Below, piece by piece: positions 47,916 to 55,515 of a DNA stretch of 55,515 bases; within the stretch, counting starts at the first letter, position 1; each line of letters starts with the position of its first letter. The stretch comes from Candidatus Magasanikiibacteriota bacterium (GTDB lineage Bacteria > Patescibacteriota > Patescibacteriia > Magasanikbacterales > UBA922). The notes under the pieces are model-generated. The model was not told the origin of the DNA and ran no database searches. It saw only the letters and a list, made by a program, of their open reading frames with translations. The stretch spans positions 1-55,515 of the forward strand of contig JAAZJX010000002.1 in assembly GCA_012800155.1 (NCBI GenBank), given 5' to 3'. The translations under genes were made by a program, and so were the position numbers.

Positions 47916-48456
47916 ACCTGAAAATTGAAGATTCAACTACAGAAGATTTAAATTTTTTTGTAAATACTGAAAAAATAAAATAAAAAATACTTACTAAAAT
48001 TGTAGTAAACAATATTTCCCATAAAGAAGTAATAAAAATTAATTTCCAAGGTACATAACTAACCATACTAAAAATTTTCAAAATAAACATAATTACAATA
48101 TAAAATAATCTATAAATAAATATAGTAAAAGCTGTCAATACTAAAGCGGCATAAATAGAACGATTAGTAAAAAAATTTTGATATAACCAATAAGCTATTA
48201 ACACGCTAATTGTAGAAGAAAATAAAACCACTCCATAAGGTGAAACTGTAAAAAGTTCAATAAATAAATTTGAAAAAAAACTTATCCAAACAATTACACC
48301 AGAATTATACCAAAGTAAAAGTAAAATAATAACTGTAAAAATAATATTCACTTTAGAAATTGGATAAGGTAATAAATAAGAAAAACCTACATGAAAAGCT
48401 ACTACCAAAACTAAAGCTAAAAAAATTAACAATATTTTTAAAATACGATTCAACAT
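47902..48456 (-). CDS. mreD: Rod-shape protein MreD-like membrane protein
   Basis: About 5 TM helices; position between mreC and mrdA. Confidence 0.7.
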   Translation of the reverse strand: MLNRILKILLIFLALVLVVAFHVGFSYLLPYPISKVNIIFTVIILLLLWYNSGVIVWISFFSNLFIELFTVSPYGVVLFSSTISVLIAYWLYQNFFTNRSIYAALVLTAFTIFIYRLFYIVIMFILKIFSMVSYVPWKLIFITSLWEILFTTILVSIFYFIFSVFTKKFKSSVVESSIFRYERK

Positions 48457-48459
48457 AAT

Positions 48460-49266
48460 TTAAAATTCAGTTATTACTAAAACTTGTTTTATTTTTGTTA
48501 AATCAACACTAGGAGTAATGACTGCTTTTTGAAATGGCTGATAAGCTTCTTTTTCAACTGCTTCAATAACACCTATCAAAAGTCCAGAAGGAACATTTTC
48601 TTCTAATCCAGAAGTTATTACCATATCTCCTACTTTTATAATTTCATTTTGTGGAATATAATTCATACGAATACTAATTCCATAACCACCTTCTACAACT
48701 CCAATACTTTTACTTTGATTTATAAGCGCACTTGCTACTTTACTTTGATTGTCATTGATGAGACGTACTACTGAAGTCTTATCTTCTACTCGCACAATTT
48801 TTCCAATCATCACTCCTTCTCCAACTATTACTGGATTATTTTTAGTTATGCCAGAATTACTACCTCTATCTAAAATTAAAGTATTACCCAAAGGATCAAT
48901 ATTTTTGCCAATTACTTTTGCTCCCACAGTAAGCATATCTTTTTTTTCAATATAATTTAACTGTTTTTTTAATTCTTCATTTTCTTGTTTCAAAATTTGA
49001 AAAGCAGCCATATCTATTTTATTATTAATATCATTTTCTAAACAGCTAAGATAAGCTTCTTTTAAATCCTCCACATTTTTAAATAATTCATTTTGTTCAT
49101 TAAAATTTATACTAATATCATACATTCCTTCAATACCCGGTTTAATAATTGCTCGAAAATAATTTTCAATTGGACGTAATAAACCTACAAAATGTAAAAT
49201 AATAAAAATTAAGATAATAAAAACTATCCCTAAGAAAGTTTGTTGCTTTCTTTTTGACATAAGCAT
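48460..49266 (-). CDS. mreC: Rod shape-determining protein MreC
   Basis: EN.EL...L, LDRG...G, GD.VITSGL...P.GL.IG. Confidence 0.94.
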   Translation of the reverse strand: MLMSKRKQQTFLGIVFIILIFIILHFVGLLRPIENYFRAIIKPGIEGMYDISINFNEQNELFKNVEDLKEAYLSCLENDINNKIDMAAFQILKQENEELKKQLNYIEKKDMLTVGAKVIGKNIDPLGNTLILDRGSNSGITKNNPVIVGEGVMIGKIVRVEDKTSVVRLINDNQSKVASALINQSKSIGVVEGGYGISIRMNYIPQNEIIKVGDMVITSGLEENVPSGLLIGVIEAVEKEAYQPFQKAVITPSVDLTKIKQVLVITEF

Positions 49267-49272
49267 TAAAAA

Positions 49273-50316
49273 TTATTTTATTCTAGCTGAAGGTAAAGTA
49301 ATTGTTTTTAAAAGTTCTTCATCTTCTAATAAAATTCCTGTCCCTCTGATAACGGCGGTAAGAGGATCATCAGCAATACGCACTGGAATATCTGCTGATT
49401 GAGAAATTACCTGATCTAAACCCTTTAACATTGAACCTCCTCCTGTTAAAAGAATTCCTCGTTCATGAATATCAGCAGTTAATTCTGGTGGAGTAATTTC
49501 TAAAGTAGTTTTAATTAAATCAACAATAGCATCTACAGATTTTTTTAAAGCTTCACGAATATGCGCATCAGTTACCATTATTTCTCGTGGTAAACCAGTC
49601 ATAACATCACGACCACGCATAGGAAATTCTGTTTTTTCTCCCATGTCAATAGCTGAACCAACTCTAATTTTTATTTGCTCAGCTTGAGTTTCTCCAATAA
49701 AAAGATTAAAAACTTCTTTGGCATATTGCATAATATTACGATTCATTTCATCTCCAGCTATAGAGGTAGATTTCCAATCAACTACTCCACTTAAAGAAAT
49801 GACTGCTACTTCTGTATTTCCTCCACCAATATTTACTACCATATTGCCAATAGGATCTTGAATTGGCATACGCGCTCCAATAGCTGCAGTCATAGGCTCT
49901 TGTATTACAAAAACTTCTTTAGCTCCAGCCGAAATAACCGCATCTTCTACAGCTTTTATTTCTACTTCAGTAACTTCTAAAGGTACAGAAATAACTACCT
50001 TTGGTCTAGATAAAATACCTAAACCTTCTTCATGAACTTTTTCAATAAAATAGCGTAACATTTTTTCTGCTACTTCATAATCAGAAATAATCCCTCCAGT
50101 CAAAGGTTTAGTAACTTCAATATGTGGAGGTGTTTTACCTAACATATTTTTAGCTTCATTACCGACTGCTAAAATTTGTTCGGTACGAGTATTAATTGCA
50201 ACTACCGAAGGTTCATCAACTACAATACCTTTTCCTTTCACATAAATCATAGTATTGGAAGTTCCTAAATCAATTCCAATTTCTTTACTAAACTTATTAA
50301 AAATTTTTTTAAACAT
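49273..50316 (-). CDS. mreB: Actin-like MreB
   Basis: IGIDLGTSNT, EPSVVA, NIGGGNTEVAVISL, LTGGG. Confidence 0.97.
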   Translation of the reverse strand: MFKKIFNKFSKEIGIDLGTSNTMIYVKGKGIVVDEPSVVAINTRTEQILAVGNEAKNMLGKTPPHIEVTKPLTGGIISDYEVAEKMLRYFIEKVHEEGLGILSRPKVVISVPLEVTEVEIKAVEDAVISAGAKEVFVIQEPMTAAIGARMPIQDPIGNMVVNIGGGNTEVAVISLSGVVDWKSTSIAGDEMNRNIMQYAKEVFNLFIGETQAEQIKIRVGSAIDMGEKTEFPMRGRDVMTGLPREIMVTDAHIREALKKSVDAIVDLIKTTLEITPPELTADIHERGILLTGGGSMLKGLDQVISQSADIPVRIADDPLTAVIRGTGILLEDEELLKTITLPSARIK

Positions 50317-50333
50317 AAAATCTTAACAATAAT

Positions 50334-51572
50334 TTATTTAAGATCAGCTATTTTTATAATTTTTGTTTCTCCAGTTTTTCTTTCTTTAATTTCAATAGAT
50401 TCTTCAGCTAAAGTTTTAGTACTAACAATATATTTAAGTGGAATACCAATCAAATCACTATCAGCAAATTTTTGTCCAGCAGAAAGATTTTCTCGATCAT
50501 CAAATAAAACTTCTTGACCTAAAGATAATAATTTTTGATAAATTTCTTCAGTTCTTTCTTTTTCTTCAATTGTTTTAGCAAGAGAAATTAGATGAATCTG
50601 ATAAGGAGCAATTTCTTTTGGCCAAATCATTCCTTTATCATCACAATTAACTTCTACTATTGCACCCATTACTCTTCCTGGACCAATACCATAACTTCCC
50701 ATAATTACAGATTGTTGTTTACCTTCTTCATCAAGATATTTTAATCCTAAAGGTTCAGAATATTTTTTACCTAAACTAAATATATTTCCTACTTCAATTG
50801 CTTTTTCTTCTATTAAATTATTTTTTTCTAAACCCAATTCAGTTAAAATTTCCTCACTGTAAACTTCTTTATTAATGGCAATTTTTTTGTTCTTATCTAC
50901 ATAAATTAAATCCTCTCCAGCATCAGATAAAGTCTGAAATTCATGAGAATATTTTGAAAAAACACCACCAGAAGCAAAAGTAAGATAAGTTTTCTCACCC
51001 AAACCTAGTCTAGTAAAAATTTTCATATATGCTTCTTTTGATTTTTCATAAAAATTATTGTGTTCATCTTGAGTTCTAGAAAAAGAATATAAATCTTTCA
51101 TAAGAAATTCTCGACAACGCATAATTCCACTTTTTGGACGCAATTCATTTCTAAATTTTGTTTGAATTTGATAAACATAACAAGGTAAATCTTTATAAGA
51201 TTTAACATGATTTTTCATAATACTTGTAACCGCTTCTTCATGAGTAAAACCTAAACCTAATTCTATATCATTTTTTAATCTAGTTTTAAACCAATTATCT
51301 ACAATTTCATCACTCCAACGTTCTGTTTTTTGCCAAATTTCTGGATTTTGTAAACAAGTCATAAAAATTTCTTGTCCTCCAATAGCATTCATTTCTTCAC
51401 TAATAATATTATTTATTTTATTCAAAACTCTAAGACCCAAAGGTAAATAACTATAAACTCCAGCCATTTCTTTATAAATAAATCCAGCACGAATAAGTAA
51501 TTCAGCATTTTTTGATTTCTCATCTTTAGGAATTTCTTTTAAAGTTTTAGTAAATAATTCAGACTGACGCAT
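50334..51572 (-). CDS. proS: Proline--tRNA ligase, short form without the editing insertion
   Basis: MRQS.LF..T, THEE, QTKFRNE.RP..G..R.REF.MKD.YSF, IEVG.IF.LG, MGSYGIG. Confidence 0.96.
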   Translation of the reverse strand: MRQSELFTKTLKEIPKDEKSKNAELLIRAGFIYKEMAGVYSYLPLGLRVLNKINNIISEEMNAIGGQEIFMTCLQNPEIWQKTERWSDEIVDNWFKTRLKNDIELGLGFTHEEAVTSIMKNHVKSYKDLPCYVYQIQTKFRNELRPKSGIMRCREFLMKDLYSFSRTQDEHNNFYEKSKEAYMKIFTRLGLGEKTYLTFASGGVFSKYSHEFQTLSDAGEDLIYVDKNKKIAINKEVYSEEILTELGLEKNNLIEEKAIEVGNIFSLGKKYSEPLGLKYLDEEGKQQSVIMGSYGIGPGRVMGAIVEVNCDDKGMIWPKEIAPYQIHLISLAKTIEEKERTEEIYQKLLSLGQEVLFDDRENLSAGQKFADSDLIGIPLKYIVSTKTLAEESIEIKERKTGETKIIKIADLK

Positions 51573-51577
51573 AAATA

Positions 51578-51979
51578 TTATTTTAAATTTAAATTTTCAT
51601 TATTATTTTTAGATGACCATAAAAATATTACACCTAATAAAATAGCAAACAAAAAAATTATTACATTCCAAGAATTTAAATAATTTTGACCTTGTAAAAA
51701 TAACATTAATACAATTAAACTAGAAATAATCAAAGAATCTTTGAAACTTTTTTGAATATGACGAAACATTGGTAAATTTTTTTTACTAAAACTATTTCTT
51801 AATAAAAAAGAAATAACTGAAATAGTACCAATTAAAGCTAACAACAAACTAAAATAAAAAAAAGTAAAACCAATGCCAGAATCTTGAAAAGGATCAATAT
51901 TAATAATAACAAAAACCCAAGATATCCAACAAAATACTGTACCTAAAAGCATAATTATTAAATATTGTTTTAAATTCAT
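51578..51979 (-). CDS. Hypothetical 4-TM membrane protein
   Basis: Hydrophobic ORF co-oriented with proS. Confidence 0.75.
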   Translation of the reverse strand: MNLKQYLIIMLLGTVFCWISWVFVIINIDPFQDSGIGFTFFYFSLLLALIGTISVISFLLRNSFSKKNLPMFRHIQKSFKDSLIISSLIVLMLFLQGQNYLNSWNVIIFLFAILLGVIFLWSSKNNNENLNLK

Positions 51980-52058
51980 AAAAATTACCTATTTAAAAAA
52001 AGTAGTAATTAACTACTTTATTTTACACTTTTTAGCTTTTTTTCGCAATAGATAAACT

Positions 52059-52316
52059 TTAAGTTAAATAACGAACCCTATCTATCTCATTTTTACCTAA
52101 TTTTTCATTAATTTTGTCAACAATTTCTTGTTGACGCTGACCAATCTCTTGAGCAGCTAAAGAATTTGAACAACTGATAGTCAAAGTTCTATTTTTCAAA
52201 AATAATGGACGAGTTAAAATAACTATTTCTGCTGGTAAAACTTCTTGTAAAATTTTTTCAGTTGCCTGAAGTACTTTTTCATCTAATTGTTTATTTTTAT
52301 TAATATTATCACTCAT
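52059..52316 (-). CDS. DUF721/DciA-like protein
   Basis: LKNRTLTISCSNSLAAQEI......I..KIN..LG...I..VR pattern. Confidence 0.7.
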   Translation of the reverse strand: MSDNINKNKQLDEKVLQATEKILQEVLPAEIVILTRPLFLKNRTLTISCSNSLAAQEIGQRQQEIVDKINEKLGKNEIDRVRYLT

Positions 52317-52355
52317 ACTTATTTATAATAACATTTTTTAAATAAAAAACCAAAC

Positions 52356-55301
52356 TTATATTTTTCTATATTCACAAATATCACGAAAATCACATTTTTT
52401 ACAAATAAACTGATTTGGTTTAGCTTTAAAATTATTACTTTTTATTTCCTCAATAGTTTTAATAATTTTCTCTTTATGATTTTCTAAATCTTTTTCTTTT
52501 CCAATAAACTCTAACTTTGTTCCATCTTCTAAATAATAAAATGATAATTTTCCAACTTCACCAATATTTTTATATTGTGGCAAACTTTGAGCAGCGATTT
52601 GATAAATTAATAATTGATTTTTATCATCACCAACCAGATTTTCTTTAGCTTTTCCAGTTTTATAATCAATAATTTCTAAAGATCCATCAGCTAATTGATC
52701 AATACGATCAATTCTACCATTGATAAAATAATCCCCTACTTTAATTTTAAACCAACCTTCCAAAGAAACAGGAATAGTCCAATTATTTTCTTGTGATTTA
52801 TAAAAAATTTTTAAAATATTTTTACCTTTTTTATAATATAATTCTCGTTGACGAGTACTCTCATACCAATCATCTATCCAAGATTCTTCATATAAACTTA
52901 ATAGATCTTCAAGAGTTGGTACTTTAATTTGACCAGTTTTACTTTCTGTTTTTTTTACCGTATTAAACAAAGATTCTTGTTTAATACTATTCATTTCTAT
53001 TACTTTATTATAAAATTTATGTAAAGTATTATGTATACTTTGACCAAAACTTAAACTAGCTGATCCTTTGGTGGGAATTTTTAAAACATGAGCCAATTTA
53101 TATTGATATGGACAATGTTGGTAAGAATTAATTTGTGAATAAGAAAATTTATCTGGCAATTCATAAATATTTTTTTCTAAGCTGGTGGTTTTTGTTTTCT
53201 TTTTGATAAAATTATCAATAATTTTAATTTTTTCTTTTATATTTTTAAAATTATTTTTAACAAAATCAATTTCTGATAAAAAACGACTAATTTTTTTACT
53301 TCTTGTTCCACCATAATCTTCAGCGCTAGAAAAAAATAATTTTTCTTTAGCTCTAGTAACTGCAACATAGAACAGTCGACGCTCTTCTTGAATATGAAAA
53401 TCTCCTTCTGGTAAACTTTCTCTTATTAATTCAGTTGGTAATTCTATAGCTTCACCTCGTCGTCTAGTAGGAAATCTTTCTTCAACCATATTTACTATAA
53501 AAACATATTTAGCTTTTAAACCTTTAGCGCCATGAATAGTCATTATATTTACTGATTCCGGAGTATCATTTGGTTGATAGAGAGCACCTTCATCACCTGC
53601 TTGAACTACATAATTATAATATTCTATAAAATCAACTACTCTAGCTTCTGGATTATTTTCTTCAAATTTTTTTAAATAAGAAAAAAATTCTTTTAATTGA
53701 TATATTTGTTTAATAACTTTTTGATTATTTTTTTTCTCTTGTTTAATTAAATAAGAAAAATAACCACTATTTTCAAAAAAATCTAAAAGTAAAGTAGTTG
53801 GTTTGTGACTTTTGGCATTTTTCATTCCCTCTTTTAATAAATTTAAAAGTCGTGTAGTCATTTTAGCAGTATTTTCTGATACCCCAGCTTCAAAAGCACG
53901 TTTTAAAACATCAAAATATGAAATTGATTTTTTCTTAGCAAAATAAGTAATTTTTTGTAAGTCTTCTTCATTAATATTTAAAAAAGGCAAAAGAAGTAAA
54001 CGATATAATGATGATGATTCACGATATTGATCTATAACTTTCAAAAAATTAATAGCATCCATTACAATCGGTTGATGAAATAAGCCTGAAGAAGCTAAAA
54101 ATTCAAAAGGAATACCACGCTTTTCAAACTCAGCAATAAATGGTTCAACATGACTATTCGCTCGAGCAAGAATTAAAAAATCATCCCAACTAGCTACTTC
54201 ATTTTTCTTAATTTCCAAAATTTTTTCAGCTACTTTTTCTGCTTCTTCTTCTAAAGTTAAACCTTGTAAATGTTCAATCTTACTTCCTTTTTTATTAGAA
54301 ATTAATCGTTTATTTAAATTTAATTTTACTTCCAATCGATCAGGATTATTATTTTGAATAGACTGATAAGCCAAATCTAAAATTTCTTGTCCGGAACGAT
54401 AATTTTCTGTCAAAACTATTTCTTTACTATTCACAAAATCATCTTTAAAACGCAATATATTGGAAACACTAGCTCCACGAAAAGCATAAATACTTTGGTC
54501 ATCATCACCAACAACAGTTAACTGATTAAATTCTTTATTAAATAATAAATTAACTAATTCATATTGAGCATGATTTACATCTTGAAATTCATCTACTAAA
54601 ATATATTTAAATTGTTTTTGTAAAAATTTTAAAATGTTTTTTCTTTTTTGCAAAAGTTTCACTGTGTAAAAAATTAAATCTCCAAAATCCAAAGAATTAT
54701 TATCCAATAAAACTTGATTATAAACCTGATAAGCATTGGCAATTTCTATTAAACGAATTTTTTCATCTTTATTTACTTCAGCTGTAGATAATTTTATACT
54801 TTTTGCATAATTCAAATATTCTTGTGGAGTAATTAATTCATCTTTACACTTTGAAAAATGTTTAATTAATTCATGAATATGTCGTGTTGGATTACCTAAT
54901 GGTCGATAATAGTCTAAATTAAATTTATTTAAATTTTCCCGAATCAAAAGCCAAGCATCAATTTGGTTGAGTCTTTTAAATTGATTAGGTAAACCAATAT
55001 CTAAAGCATAATTTTCTAAGATTCTTTGACAAAAAGCATGAAAAGTTGAAATTTGCATTTCTGTATAACCAATATCCAAAAGATTGCTTACACGATCTTC
55101 CATTTCTTCTGCTGCTTTTTCAGTAAAAGTTAAAGCCAAAATTTCTTCTGGTTTTGCTAAATTATTTTTTATTAAATAAGCAATTTTTTCAGTGATTACA
55201 GTTGTTTTACCTGTACCCGCACCAGCCACAATTAAAAGTGGACCAGAAATATATTCTATTGCTTCTTTTTGATTTTGATTTAAAGAATGTTTTTTTGTCA
55301 T
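52356..55301 (-). CDS. UvrD/PcrA-family helicase fused to a PD-(D/E)xK nuclease (AddA/AdnB-like)
   Basis: AGAGTGKT, LVDEFQD, VGDDDQSIY.FRGA, EERRLFYVA.TRA, GRIDRID...IIDYKTG, terminal C..C.....C. Start at ATG 55301. Confidence 0.93.
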   Translation of the reverse strand: MTKKHSLNQNQKEAIEYISGPLLIVAGAGTGKTTVITEKIAYLIKNNLAKPEEILALTFTEKAAEEMEDRVSNLLDIGYTEMQISTFHAFCQRILENYALDIGLPNQFKRLNQIDAWLLIRENLNKFNLDYYRPLGNPTRHIHELIKHFSKCKDELITPQEYLNYAKSIKLSTAEVNKDEKIRLIEIANAYQVYNQVLLDNNSLDFGDLIFYTVKLLQKRKNILKFLQKQFKYILVDEFQDVNHAQYELVNLLFNKEFNQLTVVGDDDQSIYAFRGASVSNILRFKDDFVNSKEIVLTENYRSGQEILDLAYQSIQNNNPDRLEVKLNLNKRLISNKKGSKIEHLQGLTLEEEAEKVAEKILEIKKNEVASWDDFLILARANSHVEPFIAEFEKRGIPFEFLASSGLFHQPIVMDAINFLKVIDQYRESSSLYRLLLLPFLNINEEDLQKITYFAKKKSISYFDVLKRAFEAGVSENTAKMTTRLLNLLKEGMKNAKSHKPTTLLLDFFENSGYFSYLIKQEKKNNQKVIKQIYQLKEFFSYLKKFEENNPEARVVDFIEYYNYVVQAGDEGALYQPNDTPESVNIMTIHGAKGLKAKYVFIVNMVEERFPTRRRGEAIELPTELIRESLPEGDFHIQEERRLFYVAVTRAKEKLFFSSAEDYGGTRSKKISRFLSEIDFVKNNFKNIKEKIKIIDNFIKKKTKTTSLEKNIYELPDKFSYSQINSYQHCPYQYKLAHVLKIPTKGSASLSFGQSIHNTLHKFYNKVIEMNSIKQESLFNTVKKTESKTGQIKVPTLEDLLSLYEESWIDDWYESTRQRELYYKKGKNILKIFYKSQENNWTIPVSLEGWFKIKVGDYFINGRIDRIDQLADGSLEIIDYKTGKAKENLVGDDKNQLLIYQIAAQSLPQYKNIGEVGKLSFYYLEDGTKLEFIGKEKDLENHKEKIIKTIEEIKSNNFKAKPNQFICKKCDFRDICEYRKI

Positions 55302-55358
55302 GTTAATTAAAAATTTAAAACACAAATATATTACCATTTTTTTTACTTTTATACAAAT

Positions 55359-55390
55359 AAAAACAACCGACATTAGTGTCGGTTGTTTTT
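55359..55390 (-). terminator. Intrinsic terminator
   Basis: AAAAACAACCGACA-TTAG-TGTCGGTTGTTTTT. Confidence 0.85.
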
Positions 55391-55391
55391 A

Positions 55392-55514
55392 TTATTGTTC
55401 ATCTAAATCATCGTCTTCTTCATCCTCTTCGTTTTCATAGCAAGTACAACAATCAGCGCAACCTTCACATTTTGAACAAATTTCATCTTCTAATAATACT
55501 GCGTCACAATATGG
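55392..55514 (-). CDS. 3' end of a small Cys-rich acidic protein (partial)
   Basis: ...PYCDAVLLEDEICSKCEGCADCCTCYENEEDEEDDDLDEQ*, followed by the terminator. Confidence 0.7.
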   Translation of the reverse strand, partial: PYCDAVLLEDEICSKCEGCADCCTCYENEEDEEDDDLDEQ

Positions 55515-55515
55515 A

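Noticed and set aside
1051..48955. Many short ORFs in the track lying antisense to or nested in real genes (e.g. 1051-1350, 4743-5087, 24488-24829, 28231-28521, 41990-42289)
   Set aside because: Fully overlap well-supported genes and have low-complexity shadow composition.
1..55515. Alternative genetic code (TGA recoded, as in Gracilibacteria/SR1)
   Set aside because: Conserved genes are intact under code 11, and TGA ends genes at their expected ends (e.g. gltX at 33259-33261).
1..55515. CRISPR array, rRNA, IS transposase, prophage structural genes
   Set aside because: No regularly spaced repeats or corresponding sequence motifs were seen.

Overview
AT-rich bacterial chromosome segment (roughly a quarter G+C by eye) using genetic code 11. 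The gene content and streamlining suggest Patescibacteria/CPR, probably Parcubacteria (inference): short AlaRS and ProRS, RpoA without a CTD, almost no Shine-Dalgarno motifs, and a tRNA-linked serine recombinase. Most genes are housekeeping: dnaX, murA, mnmA, alaS, infA-rpmJ-rpsMKD-rpoA-rplQ-rplM-rpsI, a glycan locus, fmt/def, clpB, gltX, murF, serS, lysS, greA, mrdA-mreDCB, proS and a helicase-nuclease. The standout is a complete type III hammerhead ribozyme (25009-25072, + strand). It lies in the 3' UTR of a compositionally foreign Moco-sulfurase-like PLP gene, between a strong hairpin and a terminator. Other notable items are a split, back-to-back serine recombinase beside tRNA-Gln, a palindromic dif-like site at the strand switch near 35.4 kb, a symmetric CIRCE variant upstream of clpB, a GC-rich structured element between infA and rpmJ, a Cys-rich orphan histidine kinase paired with DUF4395, and a Ham1-Nudix fusion with altered specificity motifs. 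All calls come from manual reading of motifs; no database searches were run.
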